From positions 6,057 through 70,056 of the forward strand of contig CAZVDF010000005.1 in the NCBI GenBank assembly GCA_964626055.1: a stretch of DNA of 64,000 bases, in the 5' to 3' direction. Of this stretch, positions 10,706-20,545 are shown one piece after another; position 1 is the first letter of the stretch, and each line of letters opens with the position of its first letter. This stretch comes from an uncultured Leptospirales bacterium (GTDB taxonomy: Bacteria; Spirochaetota; UBA4802; JAFGDQ01). A program made the translations under genes and the position numbers. Below the pieces are notes generated by a model. The model was given only the letters and a program-made list of their open reading frames with translations, made no database searches and had not been told where the DNA came from.

Positions 10706-11361
10706 TTGAAGAAATCGGGATCGTCAGATCCGTCAAAGCGTCGGAAGGATCCGGGGAATACGGCGGAGGGATATATCTTACCGTATCCGCGAAAAAGGTC
10801 ATTGAAGATATCAGGGCTGGAGATTCGGTTTCGATCGACGGCGCCTGCCAGACCGTGACAGGATTATCGGGCGATTCTTTCACGGTCTTTGCGTCAAAGG
10901 TCACGTGCGAAACCACGACATTTCGTTCTTTCTCGGCCGGCAGAAGAGTGAATCTGGAGAGGGCAATGACTGCCGGTGCGAGGTTCGGCGGGCATATCGT
11001 CCAGGGACATATTGACAGCCGCGGGAAAATAATTAATATTTTGAGGGACGGGAACGGAATACAAATCGAAATATCGGTACCGCGTGAAATATCAAAATAT
11101 ATCGCCGAGAAAGGTTCCGTTGCCGTTGACGGAATATCGCTTACGGTCGTGTCCAAAGCAGAACGCGGTTTTTCGCTTTATATCATTCCGGAAACAATTA
11201 AGAATACCACTCTTCCATTGAAAATGCCTGGCGCTGAAGTAAATATTGAAGTTGACATTCTGGCAAAATATGTTGAACAGATGACCGGCAATAAAAAGAC
11301 TGATGATAATAATGAGAATAAAAATCTAAAACGAATGCTGATGGAAGAAGGATTCATGTAA
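10690..11361 (+). CDS. ribE: Riboflavin synthase alpha subunit
   Basis: Canonical MFTGLIEEIG start and two lumazine-binding repeats. The ORF track starts 15 nt earlier, but I chose the conserved MFTG start. Confidence 0.8.
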   Translation: MFTGLIEEIGIVRSVKASEGSGEYGGGIYLTVSAKKVIEDIRAGDSVSIDGACQTVTGLSGDSFTVFASKVTCETTTFRSFSAGRRVNLERAMTAGARFGGHIVQGHIDSRGKIINILRDGNGIQIEISVPREISKYIAEKGSVAVDGISLTVVSKAERGFSLYIIPETIKNTTLPLKMPGAEVNIEVDILAKYVEQMTGNKKTDDNNENKNLKRMLMEEGFM

Positions 11362-11363
11362 CC

Positions 11364-12467
11364 ATGAAAAAAATATTTTTCGTATTAATTTTTTTTATTA
11401 TGACTGTCTGCTTCTGCGCTACTTCCGAAACCATACGATTATATAATAAGGAAATTTCATATTCATATTCAGATCCTGAAGCGGCTTTTCTTAACGACGT
11501 CATAAAAGGGAAGCTGATAATGGTTATGACTTTTGTGGAAGAAAAGCTTGTCGATATTAACTGCAGGGATTCTTCAGGTAAAACTGCCCTGATATACGCT
11601 TCGCAAAACGGGAATTTGAACATAATGGAATATCTGATTTCAAAAAATGCAGATTTAAACATACAGGACGGGAACGGAGTGACTGCCCTGATGTCTGCCG
11701 TCAAATTCAGAAAACCGGATGTCGTGCAGTATTTGCTTGGCAGGAATGCGGACGTAAAGCTTCTGGATTCGTATGGCTACACTGCGATGAAAATTGCAGT
11801 TGAAGGACAGCTGAATGATATTGTAAAAATATTGAGTTCGAATAGTGAATGCGTTGCCGCGCCTGACGGAGACGGGGAAACGCCTTTGATTTTTGCTGTA
11901 AAGAATAAATTTTACAATGCAGCTCTGATTCTGGCGGCAAGCGATGCGGGAATAAACGCCAGGGATAAAAACGGTCAAAACGCTCTCATACTGGCTGTAT
12001 ACAGGAAGTATTATGACATTGTTCAGCTTTTGCTGCAGAATAAATGCGAATTAAACGAACGGGACAATAACGGCCAGACCGCGCTCATGATTGCCGTATA
12101 TTATAAGTTTTATGATGGTGTTAAGCTCCTGCTGGAAAACAAGTGCGATGTAAAGATAAAGGACAATTCCGGCCAGACGGCACTTATTATTGCGGCATCG
12201 ATCAATAACTACGATGTTATACAGCAATTGCTGGATAACGGAAGCGAAATAGATGCTCAGGATAAAAGCGGGCAGACCGCTCTTATGAAAGCTGCGGATT
12301 ATAATTATTATTATATTGCGGAACTCCTGCTCCAGAACGGGGCCGATATAGATTTAGTTGACAATTTGAAGAAGACTGCGATAACAATAGCTGAGGAGAA
12401 CAGAAGGAAAGAGATTCTCGCTTTGTTGTCTGAACATAGAATAAACAAAATTAATAAAGACAGATAA
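11364..12467 (+). CDS. Ankyrin-repeat protein with signal peptide
   Basis: About nine tandem 33-aa repeats of the form G.TALM.A...G....V..LL..GAD.N. Confidence 0.8.
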   Translation: MKKIFFVLIFFIMTVCFCATSETIRLYNKEISYSYSDPEAAFLNDVIKGKLIMVMTFVEEKLVDINCRDSSGKTALIYASQNGNLNIMEYLISKNADLNIQDGNGVTALMSAVKFRKPDVVQYLLGRNADVKLLDSYGYTAMKIAVEGQLNDIVKILSSNSECVAAPDGDGETPLIFAVKNKFYNAALILAASDAGINARDKNGQNALILAVYRKYYDIVQLLLQNKCELNERDNNGQTALMIAVYYKFYDGVKLLLENKCDVKIKDNSGQTALIIAASINNYDVIQQLLDNGSEIDAQDKSGQTALMKAADYNYYYIAELLLQNGADIDLVDNLKKTAITIAEENRRKEILALLSEHRINKINKDR

Positions 12468-12477
12468 ATCAGCTTCA

Positions 12478-13740
12478 ATGAAGATAAAAATATTATTATT
12501 CTGTTCAGTTTTAATTTGTATTTCGTTTTCATGCGCATTTTTAAGCATTGACGACACGGATTCCATGCGCGTAAAGAACAGTACCGTTATTGACGCAAAG
12601 GACTTCCCGGAAAACAATACTGCGGTAATACTCGGCACTGTAAATTCCGCCCGTTCTCTCGAACAGCCGATCGTCATCGCCGTTTATTCTGCAAATCCGT
12701 TAAAAGATAAAAACGGCAGGTTTGCCGGTTATGTTTTGCTCAATCATACAAAAGAATTTATGCTGTATCTCCCCGAGGGGGAATATTATATATACGCGAT
12801 TCTTGACCTGAATAATGATTATATTTTTGAAGACAAAGAAACCGTAGGATATTACGGGAAACCAGATAAAATATCGCTTAAGATTAATGAAATTAAAACC
12901 GGAATTACGGTTCATGCCGGAGATTTAAGACCTGCGGAAAAAATATTCCCTGAAAAACTATCAATACAATATAAATTTAACAGTATTGAATACACTACCT
13001 GTAACGGCCAGGAAAGGAAGGTATACAGCGAAATTTTTTCTCCGGATAACGCGAAGATAGGATGGTGGCATCCGTCGTTATTTATGAAAGCCTTCGGAGC
13101 GAATATTTATTTAACTGAAAAATACGATCCGGGTAGAATCCCGGTGCTTTTCGTTCACGGTGCCCAGGGCTCGCCGTATGACTGGGGCCATATCTACGTG
13201 CATCTCGACAAAACAAAATTCCAGCCGTTATTTTTTTATTATCCATCAGGCCTTCGTCTGCCGATGCTTGCCGAGCTGCTGTATTTGCAGATAAAAGATC
13301 TTCAGCAAAAATATAAATTCAGGGAAATCCATATTGCGGCTCACAGCATGGGAGGTCTTGTATCGAGATCCATGCTGACGAATTACTATGGTAAAAGCGA
13401 CAATCTTATTAAGCTTTATGTGACTTTTGCCACCCCATGGTCCGGATTCGAATTCGCTGATACGGCGCTCCAGACCGCGCCCTATGTTCTTCCAAGCTGG
13501 ATCGATGTATCTTCGCATAGCATGTTCATAAAAACGACCCTTGACAGGAATATCCCGCCGACGATCGAATATTATTTATTTTTCGGAAAGTACGATAAGA
13601 CATCGAAGAACAGGGCTCTCGACAGCAGGGTATACAAGGATGCGAAAGGAATATTCGGATTCAATACCGATCATGATAGCATCTTGATAGATAAAGATTC
13701 TTTAAATAAGTTTAATGAGATATTAAATAAAAAGATTTAG
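12478..13740 (+). CDS. Secreted alpha/beta-hydrolase (lipase/esterase-like)
   Basis: Signal peptide. The nucleophile-elbow motif is AHSMGG (GxSxG-like, with Ala replacing the first Gly), and an HG oxyanion stretch (LFVHGAQGS) lies upstream. Confidence 0.6.
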   Translation: MKIKILLFCSVLICISFSCAFLSIDDTDSMRVKNSTVIDAKDFPENNTAVILGTVNSARSLEQPIVIAVYSANPLKDKNGRFAGYVLLNHTKEFMLYLPEGEYYIYAILDLNNDYIFEDKETVGYYGKPDKISLKINEIKTGITVHAGDLRPAEKIFPEKLSIQYKFNSIEYTTCNGQERKVYSEIFSPDNAKIGWWHPSLFMKAFGANIYLTEKYDPGRIPVLFVHGAQGSPYDWGHIYVHLDKTKFQPLFFYYPSGLRLPMLAELLYLQIKDLQQKYKFREIHIAAHSMGGLVSRSMLTNYYGKSDNLIKLYVTFATPWSGFEFADTALQTAPYVLPSWIDVSSHSMFIKTTLDRNIPPTIEYYLFFGKYDKTSKNRALDSRVYKDAKGIFGFNTDHDSILIDKDSLNKFNEILNKKI

Positions 13741-13767
13741 AGAGTATTTCTGTGGATAGTTTTTACC

Positions 13768-13824
13768 ATGATCTGGCTGGATAATATCTACTTCGACTCC
13801 ATAGATATTATCCAGCCAGATCAT
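13768..13824. terminator. Perfect 23-bp stem / 11-nt loop hairpin between convergent genes
   Basis: atgatctggctggataatatcta ... tagatattatccagccagatcat are exact reverse complements. The hairpin sits between the + hydrolase stop (13740) and the - oxidoreductase stop (13864). No U-tract follows. Confidence 0.45.
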
Positions 13825-13863
13825 CAGCAAAAATTTCCAGCATTTACTGTAATAGGTTTTTAA

Positions 13864-14952
13864 TCATCCGAATATCCTGCGAAGATTGATCTTTTCCGGT
13901 TTTACTGGAAGGTGTATCTTCTTGCCGTCCATATAAGATGAAAGATAGATCGCATGTATTGCTTCGAGAGCTTTATACCCGTCGTACCCGGATGAGCTGA
14001 TATCTGTATTCTTTTCGTATAACGACTTCTTTGCTTCAAGATATTCCCGCTTAAAGTAATTAACCCCGGGCTTTAACGGGAACGGTTTTTCCGAAAGATC
14101 CCGGAATCCCGTATAATATTTCGATTTTTTATTTAAATAAAGATTCTGGTACCCGTTGCCAATGACTATCTTGCCGGCCGTGCCCGATATCTGCAGTTCG
14201 AAAACGAAATAATTTCTGGACCCGCCGGCTTCGAGAAAGACATCTATGCCGGACCCGGTTTTGATCCATGCAACGGCTCTGTTCTCAAATGCGGTTTTCT
14301 TCTGTCTTTGCATTTCCCCTTTGACCCAGATGATGTCGCCGAAAAAATATCTGATCATGTCTATCATGTGAGTTCCGTCGTGAAGAAGCGGGCCGCCCCC
14401 CTGTTTTATGTCGTCGCCGCTTATCCCGGCCGACAGAACAGACGCGTAAACTGTTTTTACTTCGCCTATTTTTTTTTCTTCCAGAATTCTTTTAACGTTA
14501 TTATATCTCGCGTCGTATCTCCTTTCGTGATTAATAATGAGATTTACATTTTTTTCACGGCATAACGCGATAAGCGTTTTTGCGTCTTTAAGGCCGGATG
14601 CGATGGGTTTTTCACAGATGATTGTCTTCGCTCCTTTTCGGACGGCACTAATTCCTATCTCGGTATGCGTGTCTGTCCATGTGGCAATTATAACCAGATC
14701 GGGTTCCTGTTCCCGGAACAGCTTCCTGTAATCCGTATAAATTTGTTTTTGTGAGAGGCCTGCTGCCCCGGCAAATTTTTCAAGTCTGTCGATGTTGATG
14801 TCGCACGCGAAATTTATTTTAATTCCGGCGGCTTTTGCGCCGCCGTAATGCGTGCATGGCTTGTATCTTAACGGATCATTTTCAAGCAAAAAGCCTATTC
14901 TTCCGCAGCCTATAAGCGCTGTTTCAGTATTTTTCATTGTTTTCCTTGACAA
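13864..14952 (-). CDS. Gfo/Idh/MocA-family NAD(P)-dependent oxidoreductase
   Basis: N-terminal Rossmann motif ALIGCGRIG and a C-terminal alpha/beta domain typical of this family. Confidence 0.75.
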   Translation of the reverse strand: MSRKTMKNTETALIGCGRIGFLLENDPLRYKPCTHYGGAKAAGIKINFACDINIDRLEKFAGAAGLSQKQIYTDYRKLFREQEPDLVIIATWTDTHTEIGISAVRKGAKTIICEKPIASGLKDAKTLIALCREKNVNLIINHERRYDARYNNVKRILEEKKIGEVKTVYASVLSAGISGDDIKQGGGPLLHDGTHMIDMIRYFFGDIIWVKGEMQRQKKTAFENRAVAWIKTGSGIDVFLEAGGSRNYFVFELQISGTAGKIVIGNGYQNLYLNKKSKYYTGFRDLSEKPFPLKPGVNYFKREYLEAKKSLYEKNTDISSSGYDGYKALEAIHAIYLSSYMDGKKIHLPVKPEKINLRRIFG

Positions 14953-15003
14953 ACTAAATCGGTTTTAATTCAGTAAATTACGATGTGTTCATAAATCATT
15001 ATT

Positions 15004-15948
15004 ATGTACAATAATATTCAGACATTATACGGCGAGCTTAAAGAAAAAGTCAACCCTGCCAGATTAAAAGAGATCAGCATAGACATAATCGGCAAATTCA
15101 GGAATAAAGATATTGACTATTTTGTCCATTTCGCAAAATTGATCGGGATCGATTCATTTAACGAAAATCTTAACAGAATATTCGCAAAAATAATACAGAT
15201 ATATCATCCGGATAAATTCGCTGTAATCAAAAAAGAAATTGAAGCCGGTTTTAAAAACAATAATTACGATGACCTGCTCAGGCTGAAAAATCTATATCTT
15301 ATCGATCTGACTGTTTTAAATGTAGCTGCAGGCTATGAGTACATCACGGAAGAAGATCATATTTACAATGAAGATGATTTCGGATATGCCGGGTATGTTT
15401 TTGAGGGCGAAGATATTTTTACGGATGTGGACTTCGATGATAGCGAAGAAGAAGCTTTGTATCGGCACGAATATGGATTCGCGGAAGCCGTTAACCATCT
15501 TTTTTTCGGGAATCTGGATCATACTTTATCCGGATCTGACCTGAAAAATATTGACGGTGAACTCGATCTTTCCGATTACGAGATCAACGATCTGGCAGGC
15601 ATAGAACATTGTATAAATATCGTAATATTAAATCTTTCCGGAAATAATATTATAAAAATATTTCAGCTTTCCGCATTATCCAGATTAAACTCTTTGTATC
15701 TTGCTGATAATATGATAGAAGATATCAGCTGTCTGAATACACTGGCTGAACTCCATGAACTGGATTTATCAAATAATCAGATCGAAGATATTTCTGTTTT
15801 GCTCGAACTGCCAAAATTAAAGTACGTTAATATATTACATAATCCGGTTAAGAATAAGTCAATAATCAAAGCTTTATTGAAAAAAGGCGTAATTGTAATT
15901 TATGGAGATGCGGATTTCCGGGGGAAAAAAGGACGAATAAAGCCTTAA
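15004..15948 (+). CDS. J-domain-like / leucine-rich-repeat fusion protein
   Basis: N-terminal J-domain-like signature (IQIYHPDKF with the HPD motif). The C-terminus has about five LRRs (L.L..N.I.DIS.L..L..L). Confidence 0.6.
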   Translation: MYNNIQTLYGELKEKVNPARLKEISIDIIGKFRNKDIDYFVHFAKLIGIDSFNENLNRIFAKIIQIYHPDKFAVIKKEIEAGFKNNNYDDLLRLKNLYLIDLTVLNVAAGYEYITEEDHIYNEDDFGYAGYVFEGEDIFTDVDFDDSEEEALYRHEYGFAEAVNHLFFGNLDHTLSGSDLKNIDGELDLSDYEINDLAGIEHCINIVILNLSGNNIIKIFQLSALSRLNSLYLADNMIEDISCLNTLAELHELDLSNNQIEDISVLLELPKLKYVNILHNPVKNKSIIKALLKKGVIVIYGDADFRGKKGRIKP

Positions 15949-15963
15949 GGAGCAAAATATAAA

Positions 15964-16764
15964 ATGGCCTCAGAAAATTATTCATGGGATTCCGAGGATT
16001 ACCGGAAACATTCTTCAGCCCAGTTCGAATGGGCAAAGGAATTAATACGGAAACTTGCCCTGAAGGGATCCGAATCTGTCCTCGATATAGGGTGCGGTGA
16101 CGGGAAGATCACAGCAGTATTAAGCTCGTTTGCAAAAAAAGGCCGTGTTACGGGTATTGACAGCTCGGAGGATATGATATCTCTTGCGATCAATAACTAT
16201 CCGTCCTCGCAAAATAATAATCTGAAATTTTTCATTATGGATGCCAGGGAACTGCATTTTGCCGATGAGTTCGACATTGCATTTTCAAATGCCTCTCTGC
16301 ACTGGATAAAAGATCAGTTTTCTGTTCTAAAAGGCGTGAAGAAAGGTTTAAAAAAATCCGGCAGGATACTATTCCAGATGGGCGGAAAAGGAAATGCAAT
16401 GGATATATTGAATACCTTTGATGAAATTTTTACGGATATTAAGTGGCAGACATATTTTAAAAATTTTTCTTTCCCGTATTGTTTTTGTTCTCCCGAGGAA
16501 TATGAAAAATTATTGCGTGAAGCCGGACTTATCCCGAAACGTCTGGAGCTTATCCCGAAAGATATGACTCAAAAAGGAAGAGAGGGGCTTGCAGGATGGA
16601 TCAGGACGACATGGCTGCCGTATACTGAAAGGATACCGGAAGATATGCGCGCTGAATTTATAGATGAGATAATAAACATATATAGTAAAAAATTTCCGCC
16701 TGATAACAATGATTTTTTCCATGTAAAAATGGTCCGGCTGGAAGTCGAAGCGGTTAGCGAGTAA
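15964..16764 (+). CDS. Class I SAM-dependent methyltransferase (trans-aconitate methyltransferase-like)
   Basis: Motif I VLDIGCGDGKIT, post-I acidic residue, then FSNASLHW. Confidence 0.7.
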   Translation: MASENYSWDSEDYRKHSSAQFEWAKELIRKLALKGSESVLDIGCGDGKITAVLSSFAKKGRVTGIDSSEDMISLAINNYPSSQNNNLKFFIMDARELHFADEFDIAFSNASLHWIKDQFSVLKGVKKGLKKSGRILFQMGGKGNAMDILNTFDEIFTDIKWQTYFKNFSFPYCFCSPEEYEKLLREAGLIPKRLELIPKDMTQKGREGLAGWIRTTWLPYTERIPEDMRAEFIDEIINIYSKKFPPDNNDFFHVKMVRLEVEAVSE

Positions 16765-16884
16765 CAAAAGTAATAAATTAAAATTTTTAGTAAGGCAGTA
16801 TTAAATAATAAAATTGTTTGACGCCGGTGTTCTGTTCAATAGTAGAATAATTTTTAAAATTAAATTTCATTCTCGAGGTAATTA

Positions 16885-18270
16885 GTGAAACGTTCAATGA
16901 TAGTCGATCTTCTGAAATCGGGTTCCTCCGGTTTTGATGTGCTGGTCAAAGGCTGGGTAAGGACAAAACGCGTTTCCAAGGGTATATGCTTTATCGAAAT
17001 AAACGACGGCTCATGCCTGAGGAATATACAGGTCGTAGCGGATGAACAAACGCCGAAATACGCTTTGTTTGCCGATCTTACTACAGGCACCAGCCTAGCA
17101 GTAACGGGCAGGCTTATAGATTCTCCGGCGAAGGGGCAGAAATTCGAAATTCAGGCAAATGATATAGAGATCTACGGGAAAGCCGATGCCGGAGAATTTC
17201 CTTTGCAGAAGAAAGGGCATTCATTCGAATTTTTGCGGGAGATAGCTCACCTGCGGCCGCGCACGAACACGTTCGGAGCGGTATTCAGACTGAGGAACGC
17301 GCTCGCTTTCGCCGTTCATAGATTTTTTCAGGAACGCGGGTTCCTGTACATTCATACTCCCATAATCACAGGCAATGACTGCGAGGGCGCCGGGCAGATG
17401 TTCAGGGTCACGACTCTCGATCCGCAGCCCGCGGAGGCTGCGGGGAAAGCGCCGGATTTCTCCGGCGACTTTTTCGGAAAAAGAACGGCTCTTACTGTAA
17501 GCGGGCAGCTTGAGGGCGAACTGCTGGCGACGGCTCTGGGCAATATATACACATTCGGTCCCACCTTCCGCGCGGAAAATTCCAATACCACGCGGCATCT
17601 TTCCGAATTCTGGATGATTGAACCGGAAATGGCATTCGCAACTCTTGAAGACGATATCGAACTGGCTGAAGATTTTTTAAAATATATTTTTAAATATTGT
17701 CTTGATAACTGCAAAGAAGACATGGAATTTTTTGACCAGAGGATACAGAAGGGAGCAATTGCAAATCTCGATGGAATCATACAGTCGGAATTTGCTACAA
17801 TATCATATACCGAGGCAGTCGAAATACTCATGAAATCCGGAGAAAAATTCGAGTTTCCCGTGAAATGGGGAATTGATATGCAGTCTGAGCATGAGAGATA
17901 TTTGACTGAAAAGAAATTCAGAAAGCCGGTGATAGTTATTGATTTTCCAAGGGAAATAAAGGCTTTTTACATGAAGGTCAATGCCGACAACAAGACAGTA
18001 AGGGCAATGGATGTTCTGGTCCCTGGAATTGGAGAGATAATCGGCGGAAGCGAACGCGAGGACAATTACGACGTGCTTAAAGGGAGAATGATTGAGCTCG
18101 GGCTTAACCCTGACGAATACTGGTGGTATCTTGATACAAGGAAATACGGCTCCGTCCCGCACGCGGGATTCGGCATGGGATTCGAAAGGACAATACAGTT
18201 CATTACCGGCATGCAGAACATACGCGATGTTATTCCTTTCCCGAGAACTCCTAAAAGCGCGGACTTCTAA
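16885..18270 (+). CDS. asnS: Asparagine--tRNA ligase
   Basis: N-terminal OB fold and class II motifs ([29 protein letters not shown]). The start may be the downstream ATG (MIVDLL). Confidence 0.9.
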   Translation: MKRSMIVDLLKSGSSGFDVLVKGWVRTKRVSKGICFIEINDGSCLRNIQVVADEQTPKYALFADLTTGTSLAVTGRLIDSPAKGQKFEIQANDIEIYGKADAGEFPLQKKGHSFEFLREIAHLRPRTNTFGAVFRLRNALAFAVHRFFQERGFLYIHTPIITGNDCEGAGQMFRVTTLDPQPAEAAGKAPDFSGDFFGKRTALTVSGQLEGELLATALGNIYTFGPTFRAENSNTTRHLSEFWMIEPEMAFATLEDDIELAEDFLKYIFKYCLDNCKEDMEFFDQRIQKGAIANLDGIIQSEFATISYTEAVEILMKSGEKFEFPVKWGIDMQSEHERYLTEKKFRKPVIVIDFPREIKAFYMKVNADNKTVRAMDVLVPGIGEIIGGSEREDNYDVLKGRMIELGLNPDEYWWYLDTRKYGSVPHAGFGMGFERTIQFITGMQNIRDVIPFPRTPKSADF

Positions 18271-18354
18271 TTCTTTTTTTTTAAAATAAAAATGCCGATA
18301 TTGAATTATAAGTCTGTCTATTTAAAAATTATCTTAAAATAAGTACTTAATAGT

Positions 18355-18480
18355 GATAAACCGAAATACATTACAAAATTTATTGCGGAATGCCTTCCAG
18401 GTCAGTTTTTTATTTTTCCGAAAGCTGTTGCAACAGGTCTGAAAGACGTCCTCATAAATTATGTAATATATTTCGGTTTA
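18355..18480. repeat. Palindromic MITE-like element, copy A (~125 bp), with imperfect terminal inverted repeats
   Basis: Termini aaaccgaaatacattacaaaattt / aaattatgtaatatatttcggttt. About 80% identical to copy B at 20360-20490. Confidence 0.55.
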
Positions 18481-18582
18481 CAGCTAATTACTGAACTAAT
18501 ATATAAATTGTAAGATAGATTCTGTATAAACTGGCTGACACAATGGATCTCTGTTCCGAATTAGTAAATACACCGAGTAATA

Positions 18583-20244
18583 ATGCAAAAAAATAAAATT
18601 ATAATTTTGATCATATCATTTTTAATCATTTCCGCAAAGAACGATATTACAAATATCGTAAAAATGCCTTCGGCCGAATATCCTTCAGCCAATATAGAGA
18701 AACAGAACGCGATTGTTACATCCGATCCTGCAGGCAAAGAAGTATTTACAGTTAAAGATTTATCATACAGGGGAGAGAGCGATCCTTTGATCACAGATGT
18801 CTTATTATCATTCAATACTCCTTCTCCCTATCTTAAAAAAGACGATACCGGAAAATATATTATTCAGCAGGCACTTTATAAATTCATAAAAGAGAACGGC
18901 GTTCTCGGCGGGGGAGGGGCGGGATTTTCGCAAAGGGATCATAAAGTCGAAATCGAACCATCCAGGAATTTATGGCTCGGAAGCGCCGGCGATCTCGGAT
19001 CTTTTACGCTTGAATTCAGATTATTGCCGGTCGCTTTTAATAATGAAAGCGTTTTATTTTCCAGGGTGGGTTATTTTTCCGGCAGGAAGAACGGCATAGA
19101 AGTTAAAATAAAAGATAAAAGAATAATAGTAAATCTTTACCGAATATTTAAAGACTCCAGAGGAATAAGGTATGATGTCAGTCTTATTAAAGGCAGAGAC
19201 CTTGAGCTTAAAAAATGGCATCATTTCATATTCAGTTTCGACCGTATTTCAGGCAAGCTCGCGAAATACCTGAACGGACATGAAGAAGATGCAATATTTG
19301 TCACCGAAACGGACAGGCCTTTTGAAGATGTGTATGAACCGTCTTTTGAATCTGTAGATATGCCTGCCGCGGTAATAGGAAAAAAGTACTACGGTTATCT
19401 TGATGAATTCAGGATAACATATCGGCATATTGAAGATTTGAAGAAGGAAACGGATATTGCGTATAAAAATTATAAAAAACTCGGGACTCTCGGCAGGCAG
19501 CCCGTGAATCAGGTCGGGATTGTGACCAGCCCGGTATATGCTTTCGCTTCAACAGGGACATCCGTTTCGTTATTAAAATGGAATGAGCTGTTAAAAGAGA
19601 ATACATATATCTGGATGGAATTCAGAATAAGCGATAATCTGTTCGATAAAAATGACAAAGCGCTTAAGTGGTACCGGATAACGAACAGTCAGAAAAATAT
19701 TTATTTGATGAAAGAAGCGGGTGAATACCTGAGAGGCAAATATTACCAGTGGAAAGCTTATCTTGTCCCGTCGCCTGAGGGGAAAAATTCGCCTTATCTT
19801 TACGATGTCGAACTGACCTATCGGCTCGATCCTCCTCCGGCGGTTCCTCAATTTGTCTCATCAGCAAATGCGGGCGATAAGATCGTTCGAATCAAATGGA
19901 ATAAGAATGTAGAACACGATATTCTGGGCTACAGAATTTATTACGGCGTTATGCCGAATAAATATGAAGGCATCATAGGATATATAAACGGGAAAAGGAT
20001 AACGAATGAATTCAATAGCGGCAGAAAATATATTGAATTGGAATTGACCAATGACATAATTGAAGAAAATAAGCAGAAAGACCCGGCAGGCGTACTGGAG
20101 TACCCGTTTTTGGAAAACACTGTCCTTTACTTTTTTGCTGTCAGTGCATACGATTCGTACAGACCGGACACCCCCTATAATCATGAATCTTCATTATCGG
20201 AAGCTGTTAAAGCCCGCCCCTTCGCAGGGTCTGAAATAAAATAG
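18583..20244 (+). CDS. Hypothetical secreted protein, possibly a lectin/LamG-like domain plus an FN3-like C-terminal domain
   Basis: Signal peptide. The C-terminal segment PPPAVPQFVSSANAGDKIVRIKWNKNVEHDILGYRIYYG has an FN3-like pattern. The gene is bracketed by MITE-like copies A and B. Confidence 0.45.
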   Translation: MQKNKIIILIISFLIISAKNDITNIVKMPSAEYPSANIEKQNAIVTSDPAGKEVFTVKDLSYRGESDPLITDVLLSFNTPSPYLKKDDTGKYIIQQALYKFIKENGVLGGGGAGFSQRDHKVEIEPSRNLWLGSAGDLGSFTLEFRLLPVAFNNESVLFSRVGYFSGRKNGIEVKIKDKRIIVNLYRIFKDSRGIRYDVSLIKGRDLELKKWHHFIFSFDRISGKLAKYLNGHEEDAIFVTETDRPFEDVYEPSFESVDMPAAVIGKKYYGYLDEFRITYRHIEDLKKETDIAYKNYKKLGTLGRQPVNQVGIVTSPVYAFASTGTSVSLLKWNELLKENTYIWMEFRISDNLFDKNDKALKWYRITNSQKNIYLMKEAGEYLRGKYYQWKAYLVPSPEGKNSPYLYDVELTYRLDPPPAVPQFVSSANAGDKIVRIKWNKNVEHDILGYRIYYGVMPNKYEGIIGYINGKRITNEFNSGRKYIELELTNDIIEENKQKDPAGVLEYPFLENTVLYFFAVSAYDSYRPDTPYNHESSLSEAVKARPFAGSEIK

Positions 20245-20359
20245 CCGGGAATAATCTCAAAAATACTTTACTATAAATCCCGCAATAAGATAATATTGAA
20301 TTAATATATCTTATAATCAGAAGTCATCTCAGAATTATATTTTCACATAAATGATTAAT

Positions 20360-20490
20360 GATAAGTTGGAATACATTACAAAATTTTCTGCGGAATCAGA
20401 CCTTCCGGGTCAATCTTTTATGCTTTTGAACGCTATTGCATCAGGTCTGAAAGGCGTCCTCAAAAATTTTGTAATGTATTCCAACTTATC
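20360..20490. repeat. Palindromic MITE-like element, copy B (131 bp), with perfect 28-bp terminal inverted repeats
   Basis: gataagttggaatacattacaaaatttt (20360-20387) is the exact reverse complement of 20463-20490. The 64-aa ORF 20351-20545 inside it is very likely spurious. Confidence 0.6.
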
Positions 20491-20545
20491 AACAGATAGA
20501 TTACTATTTATAAACGACTTCTATTATTATTTTATCAATATTTAA

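Noticed and set aside
20351-20545. 64-aa ORF from the six-frame track
   Set aside because: It lies entirely within the palindromic MITE-like copy B and has no RBS or conservation. It is an artefact of the repeat.
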